In this document: one piece after another, positions 49,978-59,188 of the stretch
How positions within the stretch are numbered: the first letter of the stretch is position 1
Layout of the letters: each line of letters opens with the position of its first letter
The notes under the pieces: model-generated
What the model saw: the letters and a program-made list of their open reading frames with translations, nothing else
The model's database searches: none
Told to the model about the DNA's origin: nothing
Origin: a virus
Lineage: Duplodnaviria > Caudoviricetes
Virus record (IMG/VR): IMGVR_UViG_3300037470_000577
Span: 1-64,000 of that record
Length of the DNA: 64,000 nt
Direction: 5' to 3' (one strand)
Program-made: the position numbers and the translations under genes

Positions 49978-51205
49978 AGGTATATTGGGCGTCGCTCTGC
50001 TTTAGCTGCATCAAGATACGATAGGCTTCCACTTCACCCATCTTGGTTCCAAAAGGACAATTCAAGATGTCGCGCCGGATGAACTTAACCTCTTCCCCTT
50101 CCTTTCGTCTGGTCTGGGCGATGATGAGGTCTTGCTTGTATTCATTCTCTTTGGCCCGAACGTTCTCGCAGGTGGAGCAGATGGGCTTCTCCAGTCTGGC
50201 CGTTGTCATGTAGACAATGGCCTGGGCCAGCGCCTCCGGGATAACGTACTGGCCGTTCTCGACCTCCGCCAGACCAGACAGGTAGCTGCTGACAACTCTA
50301 TCAGGCTCGAAGCCGTTGATAAAGGCGGTGTCGGTAAAGGTGTCGCCCTCGTAAATGGTGGGAACGGGCGATACCAGACCAACTTCCGGACTGCGTGGTA
50401 GAAGCTGGGCGGTCTGCACCTCGGCGATGTTGATGTGTCTGCCGCTCCAGTAAAGCGTACACTGCTCGGCCGGATCGGTGTAGACCCGATATACGTCAAC
50501 AGCGGCAACAAAGCTGGCCGGAACATCTATGGGAATGCCGGAGCCGTAGGCTGAACCGGGCCACGCCTCCTGAACGGCTGGCGACAGCAGCATCTCGCTC
50601 GCTACCGTTGCGGTGAAGGTCGTGCCGTCGGCGCTCTTGGTCAGAAGCGGCCGAATCTCCCACTGTTTGGCTGCGCCCGTTCCGACAAAGAAGAGCCTTA
50701 ATTCGGTTAGCTCAGTTAAATCGGTCAGCGCCGAAATGGTTGCCAACTCATCCCAACCATCGCCGTCCGGGTCGCTGTAGGTGACGGTCGCACCCGCTTC
50801 GATGAGGGTAGCGGCCCGCTTGCCGCCAGTGATGAACCGCTCTCGTTTCAGGGCAACGGACTTAAACGAGCCGTTGACACTTCGACCGGTCGTGCCGACA
50901 AAATCAGGGCGAAAGAAGGATGGGTACTGGCCGTTCTCGTTCTCGATATAGTGCGGGGCAGGCCAGTATCGTAGTTCGGAAGCAATGGCGTTTTCTGTTC
51001 GGGCCATCTCGCGGGCCAACTCTTCCCGGCTGACGCGCGTTCGATGCTGCCACTCATGCTGATACCAGATGTCACGGCAGCCCTCGTTTTGGGGGATTAA
51101 GGGAACGCTTGAATCATCACCACCATTAAAATGGACAGGATTGATACCCATAATACGGGCATAGGTGTCCAGGGGGGTGATGGTGTAGATACTAGCTCTT
51201 GCCAT
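49964..51205 (-). CDS. head-tail adaptor/neck protein
   Basis: 413 aa; SREELAREM.RTE..IA..LRYWPAP and C-terminal PFGT..GEV.AYR; position after the head genes. Confidence 0.55.
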   Translation of the reverse strand: MARASIYTITPLDTYARIMGINPVHFNGGDDSSVPLIPQNEGCRDIWYQHEWQHRTRVSREELAREMARTENAIASELRYWPAPHYIENENGQYPSFFRPDFVGTTGRSVNGSFKSVALKRERFITGGKRAATLIEAGATVTYSDPDGDGWDELATISALTDLTELTELRLFFVGTGAAKQWEIRPLLTKSADGTTFTATVASEMLLSPAVQEAWPGSAYGSGIPIDVPASFVAAVDVYRVYTDPAEQCTLYWSGRHINIAEVQTAQLLPRSPEVGLVSPVPTIYEGDTFTDTAFINGFEPDRVVSSYLSGLAEVENGQYVIPEALAQAIVYMTTARLEKPICSTCENVRAKENEYKQDLIIAQTRRKEGEEVKFIRRDILNCPFGTKMGEVEAYRILMQLKQSDAQYTFALL

Positions 51206-51476
51206 AATGTTTATCTACTAGCAGCGCCGCCGCCGACAAGGCGAAAGGCATGGCCGCTTTAACAGGTACAAAGACAAGCGCCAGTCCAACCCAAACCGAC
51301 AGGCAGTATTTGCAGGTGAGTGCTTCTGATAGTTCGTTCGTACCATAGGAGATAGCGCCTTCATACCGAACGCCCGCCTGGTGGCGAAACCAGCGCAGAC
51401 AGTCATAGGGGCCATCCTCTTCCATCAAGAGTTTGACCAGTCGCCACGTTGCCAGTGCCTTAATCAAATAGTCCAT
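51192..51476 (-). CDS. DUF1360-like membrane protein
   Basis: ALATWRL..LL..EDGP....R......L.EALTC.YCLSVWVG. Confidence 0.75.
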   Translation of the reverse strand: MDYLIKALATWRLVKLLMEEDGPYDCLRWFRHQAGVRYEGAISYGTNELSEALTCKYCLSVWVGLALVFVPVKAAMPFALSAAALLVDKHYGKS

Positions 51477-51483
51477 AACCAAT

Positions 51484-51529
51484 AAAAAAAGGGCCGGTCA
51501 GCACAGGGAGGATACCCGCTGACCGGCCC
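51484..51529 (-). terminator. intrinsic terminator closing the glycosylation cassette
   Basis: 12-bp GC stem GGGCCGGTCAGC/GCTGACCGGCCC followed by T7 on the - strand. Confidence 0.8.
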
Positions 51530-51628
51530 AAGTGGGAGCCGTACAGTGAAATAGTACAGGAAATTATGAAAAGTTACAAGGGACGCCCTTTCATGCTACG
51601 TGCGAAACCTTCACTACTTGTGAAGCCT

Positions 51629-54600
51629 TCACGCCGCGTGAACTTCGGAACCGAATACCAGGTCAACGGTACTTTGTCCCACGCCAGGCAGCGCCAGCAA
51701 GCCGTCTGGCCCCAATGCCTGGGCCTGGGCTAAGGTGGTAATGCCTTTCTCCTCCAATGCCTTAAGCGAACGGAAGTTGATGGGTAGTCTACTAAGTGGT
51801 TCTTCGACAACGATGGGCTTGGGCGCCTCTCGCTCACGCTGTTTGGCCTGGTACGCTTCTCGTCGCTGCTGGATTAAGTCAACCGGATCGTAGCCGTTGA
51901 CAGTCTTTCTTTCGACAGGTTCAGGCTGGGCGACAGGTTCGAGACGGGGGGCAGGAGCGACCTGTTCTGTATGGCGAGGCTGACCGCCACAGTCGCACCA
52001 GGCTGTCTCACGGTTAAACTGGAGAGGACGGCGGCAGTAGGCGCAGGCAAAAATCTGCACCTGTGCCCGCACATCCTGACTATCCACATTCTTAACAACA
52101 TCGCCCTTCGTCACGCGGGTATAACGTTTGCCGGTTTCGGCGCCAACAAGCCACTGCTCGCCGCCAAAACCCTGGTAGATTACATCCATCGCACTCATCT
52201 CCATTGGGGCAGGTGGCCCCGGTTGTTTTTCATCGTTATCACAGTTACACATACGCTCTACCTCATTGAATTTCTGCTGGATATAGGTTAAGGAACGGGC
52301 GTACACATCCGGCTCCTGAATCCGCCGCCTGCCGCTTGCCAGGTCATATATCCACAGCGGCTCGGCAATCTTGGTGAACTGCCGCCCGCTCCAAGATAGC
52401 TGCAAAATCAGCAGGTTATCTTCCCACGTTTCCAGCGTCTCGTCAAAGGGGATCATCCACTCGCGCGGGATCAGGATATTCGTTCCGGCAGCGGTGTAAG
52501 GGATTGGCCCCTGGGGAAAGGCCGTTGCTTTCTCGCAGCGCCATTCAGGAACCTTATCTGGTATGTACGCCTTACCACCCGCAATCTTGGCCGCTGGTGG
52601 GCCGTAGCTGTCGGCGTACTGCTCGTCTACCAAAGCAATAAAATCACTGTACGGTATCTTGCCCGTCTCTTGAAAGCGGCGGTAATGCTTTGCCAGATAT
52701 TCCGGTAGGATACGGTCGTCGGCATCGACAAAGGCTAACATCGCCCCCTTCGCCTGCCCTACGCCAGCATTGCGAGCCGCGCCCGCTCCCACGCCGTCCG
52801 TCTCTAAGTAGGTGACAAAGGGGAAGGCAGTGCGGTAATAGGCTTTAGCCGTCTCGTTCTCAACGCCATCCCATACCACAACTGCCGCCCATTCCCGCAT
52901 AGTCTGCCCTTCGATGCAGTGCAGGCAGTTGACCAATAGCCCTTCGTGACCTGGGCCAACCGGGATAATGATAGAGACCTCCGGCTTCTCGTAGGAATAA
53001 ACGGGATGGGCAATGCCGTTCACAGGCTGGGCGATAGAGGCAAACGGATGGACGCCGCCGCTGGTCCAGGGATGTTCGAGCGTCCAGTCCGGCTCTTCAT
53101 AGCCCATCTTACCCGACACATGCCCCACACCCGAATAGTGAAGCCATCTGCTGGGCCTGTCGCGGTCAACGACATAGCTTGCGCCCCAACCCATTGCCCC
53201 CAATCGCAGCCATAACTCAGCATCCTCAGACCCAGCGCCATCCGGGGCGTAGAGCGGCATGTAGCCGCCCGCTCGCTCGAAGGCTTTGCGGCGAATCATA
53301 CAGCCTGACGGAACCTGATTTATGTGCGCTAACTGCTTCTGATAATCAAATGGGAAAGGCCAGTTATACTCATAATCTTCAACTCTGCCATCGTCGTCCC
53401 AACGAATCTTGCCCGTCATACTATCTTTCTGGAAACCACGAACCGTATCTATGCCCAACATGGAAGTGTAAGCCACTCCCAACGTTCCATCTCGTTCCAA
53501 CTCTCGCGCCAGAATCGGCGACCAACCCGGCTCAATATTATCGTCGGCATCTAAGAAAGCTAGATACTTACTCTGCCCCTGTCTGGCCCCATAATTACGA
53601 GCCAGAGCAACGTTGCCAAATTCGACCCGATGATAGCTGATACGGCTGTCTCCCTGAGCCGCCACAATCTCCTGTATGCCAGGGTCAGATGAATCGTCCA
53701 CGACGATGATGTTCTTGACTGCTGAACTTTGGCCCATTGCGCCCTGTAGCGCCCGTTCTAGGGTATGATGGTAATTGTGGCAGGGAATGACTATATCGAC
53801 TGAGGGCGGCTCGTTTTGAAGGGCTAGACGATAAACGGTGGCGACTTGGGCAACGATGCCAGGCCAGGAATAGCTCTTTGCGATTTCTTTGGCCCAGGTC
53901 GAGTAATCTCTCCTGTTGTAAAGTATATCTTCAAGAAGCATTACGGCGTCATCAAAATCTCTATAAGACCAACCGGCTTTCTTTCCTGGTCTTAAAAGAA
54001 AATTCGGGACCTCCCCAGCGTCAACCGTTAGCACCGGAACGCCACTAGCCATCGCCTCCAGTGGGGCGATACCAAATGTTTCCCGGTCTGAGGCAATGAA
54101 CACCAGCGATTGCTGGATAAGGCGCTTCATCTCGCCCGAAGGAACCGCGCCGCCCAACACCTGTAAGTTGGCGGGCTGGTTAGGCCCGGCCAGGGTCGAA
54201 ATGAACTTCTGACTTGGAAAGGCTTTTGCCAATCTGTTAATGAACGAAGGGTCGAGGCCGTCCGTTGCCCGGTTCTTAGCCCACAGGATATGGGCTGGCG
54301 TCTCATTATGCTGCCACTCCTCCCACTCTACGCCATGCGGAATGATGTGGGGTGTGACGCGCATGTCTCGTTGGAAGGGCATGGCAACCCATGGCGACGG
54401 AACGGTTACCTGACGGGCTAGGCGGTAGGAGCGTACTAGGTCGCGATTAACGACGTGAGCGGCATCACCTAATTGCGGCATCTCTCCCGTCCAGAGATTT
54501 CCGTGTGAATGAACCACCTGCGCTCCAGGATGGGCGGCGGCATGAGCTACCTCCAGGTCGTAGCTGGTCGCCATCGGGTCAACCAACTCAATATCGTAGT

Positions 54601-54697
54601 CCGGCAGGTAGCGGAAGTAATGTTTGATTACCTGGGCAATGCCGTTGTCGTGGTTTGCCAGGTCGTGAAGATGGGGATACATGCGTACTTTAATCAT
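51629..54697 (-). CDS. multidomain glycosyltransferase GT4 + GT2 + GT2 + Cys-rich segment + HhH
   Basis: GT4 ETFGIAPLEAMASG (E-x7-E); GT2 VIPCHN...FLDADD; GT2 IIIPVG...FVDADD; CAYC..CDC; C-terminal KGITTL..A......LLALPGVGQST HhH. Confidence 0.9.
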   Translation of the reverse strand: MIKVRMYPHLHDLANHDNGIAQVIKHYFRYLPDYDIELVDPMATSYDLEVAHAAAHPGAQVVHSHGNLWTGEMPQLGDAAHVVNRDLVRSYRLARQVTVPSPWVAMPFQRDMRVTPHIIPHGVEWEEWQHNETPAHILWAKNRATDGLDPSFINRLAKAFPSQKFISTLAGPNQPANLQVLGGAVPSGEMKRLIQQSLVFIASDRETFGIAPLEAMASGVPVLTVDAGEVPNFLLRPGKKAGWSYRDFDDAVMLLEDILYNRRDYSTWAKEIAKSYSWPGIVAQVATVYRLALQNEPPSVDIVIPCHNYHHTLERALQGAMGQSSAVKNIIVVDDSSDPGIQEIVAAQGDSRISYHRVEFGNVALARNYGARQGQSKYLAFLDADDNIEPGWSPILARELERDGTLGVAYTSMLGIDTVRGFQKDSMTGKIRWDDDGRVEDYEYNWPFPFDYQKQLAHINQVPSGCMIRRKAFERAGGYMPLYAPDGAGSEDAELWLRLGAMGWGASYVVDRDRPSRWLHYSGVGHVSGKMGYEEPDWTLEHPWTSGGVHPFASIAQPVNGIAHPVYSYEKPEVSIIIPVGPGHEGLLVNCLHCIEGQTMREWAAVVVWDGVENETAKAYYRTAFPFVTYLETDGVGAGAARNAGVGQAKGAMLAFVDADDRILPEYLAKHYRRFQETGKIPYSDFIALVDEQYADSYGPPAAKIAGGKAYIPDKVPEWRCEKATAFPQGPIPYTAAGTNILIPREWMIPFDETLETWEDNLLILQLSWSGRQFTKIAEPLWIYDLASGRRRIQEPDVYARSLTYIQQKFNEVERMCNCDNDEKQPGPPAPMEMSAMDVIYQGFGGEQWLVGAETGKRYTRVTKGDVVKNVDSQDVRAQVQIFACAYCRRPLQFNRETAWCDCGGQPRHTEQVAPAPRLEPVAQPEPVERKTVNGYDPVDLIQQRREAYQAKQREREAPKPIVVEEPLSRLPINFRSLKALEEKGITTLAQAQALGPDGLLALPGVGQSTVDLVFGSEVHAA

Positions 54698-56023
54698 TTA
54701 CCACGTAGCCAATTCGATGTCGGGGTCTGCCGCGCCATCTCCAAGAACTTCCTTAGCATTACCGGTTAGCAGAACCGGAGGCTGGGAGGTGCCAAGAATA
54801 GCCAGATATACTCTACCACCAAGCAAGATTTTCATCCGCTCCAGGAGGGAGGGTTTCCAGCAAGAAACAAGGGCGGGGCTGGTGTTGTACTGGATACGTA
54901 AAACGTGCATATTGCCGATATTCCTATCCTCGTCTCCCGTATAGGTTGTTTGTTGTTTATGAAAACTGATTGGTTTCATCACGCCTCTCTTTTATTCGGC
55001 CTCGGCTTGCGCGGTTTCCTGCGCTTCACCAGCCCTAATTCCGACAGCCTCTCCGCACTCAACTGCCCAATATCGCTGCCGGGTTCAACGATGGTAACAG
55101 AGAAGTCGGCATAGGGAACGGATGCGGCCCAGGCCCACACCGCTTCCTGAATTTCGTCCGGCTTGTCATGGTAGATAATGATGATGTCGCCGTCCTGGGG
55201 ACGGATTACCTTGCCGTTAAGAATAAGGTCACTCATTGCCCATCCCTGTCCAATAAAAGGCTTCTTTTTCCATCTCGTCCAAAATAGAGAGACAATCGCT
55301 CGGTGTTAAATATTTGCCCGTCACTCTTTGCTGATTAAGCTCGCGTAATCCAGCCGCTTGGTTAGCACGTTTCCCGAACTCAATTGTCCACACCGGAAGG
55401 TCGTATGTTCGTTGGCCTACAACTAACTTACCATCGTGGATTTTGCCGTCTGTGTCATAAGAATAAGAATCAAGTTCGTACATCAGATAAAGCAACAGAG
55501 GATTATCAAGTTTGGCAGTCTTAACCTGGAGCCACCTTCTAAAATTTCCAATTGACCAATGAATAGGGTTATAGGATTCCGCCTCCATCTTCATGCTATA
55601 TGTCGTTCCGATTCCCAGGTGGTCAACATCCATCTCCCGGTCTAGCAGGGATACGGCAGTTCGATAATCGCTCTCGCTTTCAAAGTAGAAAATCGCAGCG
55701 TATTTTTCCGTGACGGTTACACCAATAGTAGTTTCTTGTGCCATCTAATTCACCACTCTCTTCTCTGCCCTATAGATAGGGTTAAAGTCCTTATCTGGTT
55801 CCAAATGCCAATCGTACTTTTGGTCGGATACGGGGGTCTCGACAGATTCATACAGATCGTTAAACGCTATCTCTTCAACAAACCATGTCTTACCGCCACT
55901 TCTTACCCGCCAGTCTCCAGGGGAATACCTAAATTCTGAACCACTTTCCAAATCAATAAAGGTTCCTCCCTCGTCAACTTGTTCGGCAAATACAGTATGC
56001 GGCCTTCTTCGGTACGGTTCCAT
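54698..56023 (-). CDS. four hypothetical ORFs inside the cassette (54698-54982, 54979-55236, 55229-55744, 55745-56023)
   Basis: Tightly coupled; the first has the common phage VSCWK.S..ER...L..GRV.L...G..QPPV motif. Confidence 0.65.
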
Positions 56024-56024
56024 A

Positions 56025-56717
56025 TTAGTTCACCACCAATCCCTTGCCTATCTGATTAGACATCCCGATGTGCGCCCATTGATATTTATTTAACCCATAC
56101 ATGGGAATGAACACCGATGGCCCGTTGTCGCCCAGTCCCCGTTTCTTCTCGATAAAGCGGGAACAGAACGCCATCTCCGTCTCGCCCAACGGCAAACTCT
56201 CATCGTACCAGCCGTAGTAATCGGTGTGAAACTGCCTGACCTTGAGATGAGGACGATTGGAAGTCACATACAATTCATTATAGGGCAGGAGTTCCCAATA
56301 GTCACCCCATGCCTGGGCCGCGAATTTATAATGCTTGTCCGGCTCAATGCACTCGCCCATATAATAGCGCACCCAACCGAAGCGCGGCTCGTTGTTCAGG
56401 CGGCGGGCGGCGTCGTTGAGGTCAAGAGGCTGGGTCAGTATGTGATCGTCGTCCATCTGAAACAGGAGGTCGGTGCTGGCCGTTTCAATCAGGCGGTTGA
56501 GATTTGCGCCTAACCCCCGCTTGGGGCCAGGAACAATGTGTACCCTATCATCCAGGACGGCAATCTCGTCCAGGCTTTCCGCGCCATCATTGCCAATCAG
56601 GTAGTGGATGTGGCCTAACTCGTAGCGGACATTGGCTCCAAATTGGGCAACGGCTAAGGCAACGGTGCTGGGCCGGTTGTAGGTGGGGATGAGGACGGTG
56701 ATGTCGAGGTCAGCCAT
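56025..56717 (-). CDS. GT2 (GT-A fold) glycosyltransferase
   Basis: ITVLIPTYNRP, GNDG, GLG.N.N and FQMDDD (DxD). Confidence 0.9.
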   Translation of the reverse strand: MADLDITVLIPTYNRPSTVALAVAQFGANVRYELGHIHYLIGNDGAESLDEIAVLDDRVHIVPGPKRGLGANLNRLIETASTDLLFQMDDDHILTQPLDLNDAARRLNNEPRFGWVRYYMGECIEPDKHYKFAAQAWGDYWELLPYNELYVTSNRPHLKVRQFHTDYYGWYDESLPLGETEMAFCSRFIEKKRGLGDNGPSVFIPMYGLNKYQWAHIGMSNQIGKGLVVN

Positions 56718-57006
56718 CTACATATCCTGTTGTAAGCAAGGCATCCAGCCCCGGAAATTCGTTGCCGGTATCAACTCGCCCTGGAGCACCGTGCCAGAGA
56801 TAGCTGGTTTTCATCTCTGCTTGGTGGTCACTTTCCAGGATGGCGAACAAGCGTCGATACTTCTTGCCGGTTTTTTCCGTCTCCCGAACGCTTCCATGAA
56901 GAAGAGTGCGAACGACCTCTCTTTCTCCGCGAAGAAAAAGGCGGGTCATTCGTTCCTTATTTCTTTTCAAGATAACCTCCGGCTTGTCTATGTCAAGATG
57001 GGTCAT
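56710..57006 (-). CDS. hypothetical protein
   Basis: Coupled between the sulfotransferase and GT2 genes. Confidence 0.55.
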   Translation of the reverse strand: MTHLDIDKPEVILKRNKERMTRLFLRGEREVVRTLLHGSVRETEKTGKKYRRLFAILESDHQAEMKTSYLWHGAPGRVDTGNEFPGLDALLTTGYVDG

Positions 57007-57673
57007 ATCTAAACCTCGTGATGTCGTCAGTGAAAAACGTCTCCACTTCTGCAATCTGTTCGGCTGTCAGCGCCTCGCGCCACTGCCCTATTTCGCCAGA
57101 ATAGATGTGACGGGGCGACATGAAGTGCCGTTCGTTCTGGTCCAGTGCCATCCCCGCCCGTATCCGATTGGCCTCCCTACCCCACTTGCGGGCGATGTAT
57201 TCGGCAAGGTCAGAATGAAGGTGAAAGTCCATGTAGCTGCCAACCACCTTAACAAACCGGGTCGGATCGGCCATCATATCTTCGTAACGAAGATACTCTG
57301 CTCCGGGGCCAATCCCATAAACATAGCCAGACTTGGTTTCCCACGAACTGAGCGCCGCACTCCAGTTCTGCACTGCCCTACTTGCCATCGTGCCTTCAAA
57401 TGTATTTTGCTGAAAGTGCACGAGCGAGACGAATACATCTCTTGGATCGCGGACGGTCACAACAGCCCGATAGTCAAAACCCTTTAGCGCCGGATGCCAC
57501 TCATGCAATTTGATGACTACGCCATTCGGCTCGCTCTCCCACCCGCGCACCATATCGGCGTCGATGCCGAATGGCCTAACCACTCGCCCGCCGTGTAGGA
57601 GAACAATTTCGCCCATGACCTGGTAGAGAAAGGTCGAAGCGGTTTTCATGGGGCCACCGGCAATATAGAGCAT
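56993..57673 (-). CDS. PAPS-dependent sulfotransferase
   Basis: 5'-PSB loop GGPMKTASTFL, 3'-PB RDPRDVFVS, RYEDM..DP and C-terminal SGEIGQWRE.LT.EQ. Confidence 0.88.
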   Translation of the reverse strand: MLYIAGGPMKTASTFLYQVMGEIVLLHGGRVVRPFGIDADMVRGWESEPNGVVIKLHEWHPALKGFDYRAVVTVRDPRDVFVSLVHFQQNTFEGTMASRAVQNWSAALSSWETKSGYVYGIGPGAEYLRYEDMMADPTRFVKVVGSYMDFHLHSDLAEYIARKWGREANRIRAGMALDQNERHFMSPRHIYSGEIGQWREALTAEQIAEVETFFTDDITRFRYDPS

Positions 57674-57674
57674 T

Positions 57675-58119
57675 TTAGATGACCCTCTGGTAAATCAACC
57701 TTTTTCGCAGCTCATGAACCTCTGCCTCCAGCTTTTCAACCCTTTCCTTAATGCTTGGTGGTTCTTCGCTAAACATCCTGACAACATCATTTCCATCGTC
57801 GTCGGTGACAACTTCACCAATTACAACGCCGGCCATATATTCCATACCCATCTTCTTTCGTCCATTATTTTAATTTCCTCAGAAGTTCCTTCTCGTAAAC
57901 AGTCATTTCCAACACCGCTCTGATATTATGACCAGTGAGCGATTGGTATGCTTCCGCAAGCCTCTCGCACAATTCCGTATAGTTCTCCACCGTATTCGAT
58001 AATTCTTCTCTATCGGCATCGTGTTGGATTAGCCGGTCGGCATACTCTTGTCTAAGTTCCTCGAATTTTTCAAACTCCTTGTATATGGAGTCTGTGATTT
58101 GTGCATCTAACTTGTCCAC
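57675..58119 (-). CDS. two small coiled-coil ORFs (57675-57851, 57865-58119)
   Basis: In-cassette ORFs; the first (58 aa) is below the ORF-track cutoff. Confidence 0.55.
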
Positions 58120-58124
58120 GATAT

Positions 58125-58664
58125 TTACACCATTCTCCTAAACGACCGAATCGTACAGGCTCTCTCCAGTTCTACGAACCTATCACCATTGGCTGCATAC
58201 CAATCCGAGACAACTTCATTCACTTCGGGACAGATGTGGTGCGGTTTGTTGGGGTCGCAGGAACCGTAGTCGCTACAATCGTGGAAGGCAACCACGCCAT
58301 TGACGGTCAGACGGTCAATCCACCCCAGGTCTAATGTCACCCCCTGCCTGGAATGGTCGCCGTCTATAAACAACAAGTCAATGTCGCCAACGAAGGTTTG
58401 GAGAACATCGTGCGAACGGCCCTCGACCAGATAGAAGTTGCGGTTGGGATATTTCGGCCCCGCATAGCGGGCTAGGGAAATGTCTATGCCGGTGACAGAG
58501 ACGGAGGGTTTAGCGCCATCGGTCAGGCAGACCATTGACTTACCAAATTCGATTCCAATATTAACAATACTTCCATTCTCTGGTACTTCCCCGGCAAGTT
58601 TATATAACCGTTTTGCCTCAACCTCTTGAAGATACCCTCTCGCTTTTAGGTGTCTGTCACTCAC
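58125..58664 (-). CDS. class I SAM-dependent methyltransferase (Methyltransf_24-like, putative sugar O-methyltransferase)
   Basis: VNIGIEFGKS motif I; DLLFIDGDHS..GV..D......GVVAFHD. Confidence 0.85.
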   Translation of the reverse strand: MSDRHLKARGYLQEVEAKRLYKLAGEVPENGSIVNIGIEFGKSMVCLTDGAKPSVSVTGIDISLARYAGPKYPNRNFYLVEGRSHDVLQTFVGDIDLLFIDGDHSRQGVTLDLGWIDRLTVNGVVAFHDCSDYGSCDPNKPHHICPEVNEVVSDWYAANGDRFVELERACTIRSFRRMV

Positions 58665-58960
58665 TCTGTAGCTCCTTTACTTGGGAAAAAGTATTTCTCA
58701 GGCTCTTCATTCCAATTAACACCTTCTATCTGGTTTGGCGTAACCACTTTCCCTTTGATAATGAAAAAGCGGTCTCCGTATCCAGAGAACCTACTAAGTC
58801 CAAGATAGCCCGTCGCTTTGATTGGATGAAGCGGTGCTTCTTCGGTAGCGTGACTGAGTTCATTGACGAGAGAATCCTCTTCACGCACTAAGACAATGCC
58901 AGCACTAGGAGAGATAACGAAATATACATCTTCTTTTTCAAATGTTGGTCTGTCAGACAT
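58661..58960 (-). CDS. hypothetical protein
   Basis: Coupled ORF. Confidence 0.55.
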   Translation of the reverse strand: MSDRPTFEKEDVYFVISPSAGIVLVREEDSLVNELSHATEEAPLHPIKATGYLGLSRFSGYGDRFFIIKGKVVTPNQIEGVNWNEEPEKYFFPSKGATE

Positions 58961-59153
58961 ATTCTATCTCTACCTCCAGTGGGTCAATCGTCTCGTTCTC
59001 AAAATATATACGAACAACCTGCCTACCCTGCCGGGCAAGGTCATTGTGGATTAGTTGGCGGATGTAGGCCACCAGTGACAGGTCGCGCTCGCCCGCTCGC
59101 TCAGTTGCCGCTTCGTGCAACTCATCTTCTAATCGTACAGAGAAAGATACCAT
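58953..59153 (-). CDS. ribbon-helix-helix (Arc/CopG-like) regulator, leaderless
   Basis: FSVRLEDELHE.A...A....SL..YIRQLI; ATG lies 7 nt after the -10 box. Confidence 0.8.
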   Translation of the reverse strand: MVSFSVRLEDELHEAATERAGERDLSLVAYIRQLIHNDLARQGRQVVRIYFENETIDPLEVEIEYV

Positions 59154-59159
59154 AACCTG

Positions 59160-59188
59160 ATTCTATCTGGCAAGGTTTACGGTGTCAA
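59160..59188 (-). promoter_or_regulatory. sigma70 promoter of the glycosylation cassette
   Basis: TTGACA-N17-TAGAAT on the - strand. Confidence 0.85.

Noticed and set aside
51629-56717. 5hmC DNA-glycosylation pathway as the main interpretation
   Set aside because: No TET/JBP dioxygenase or dCMP hydroxymethylase in the window, and the cassette lies among virion genes; kept only as an alternative
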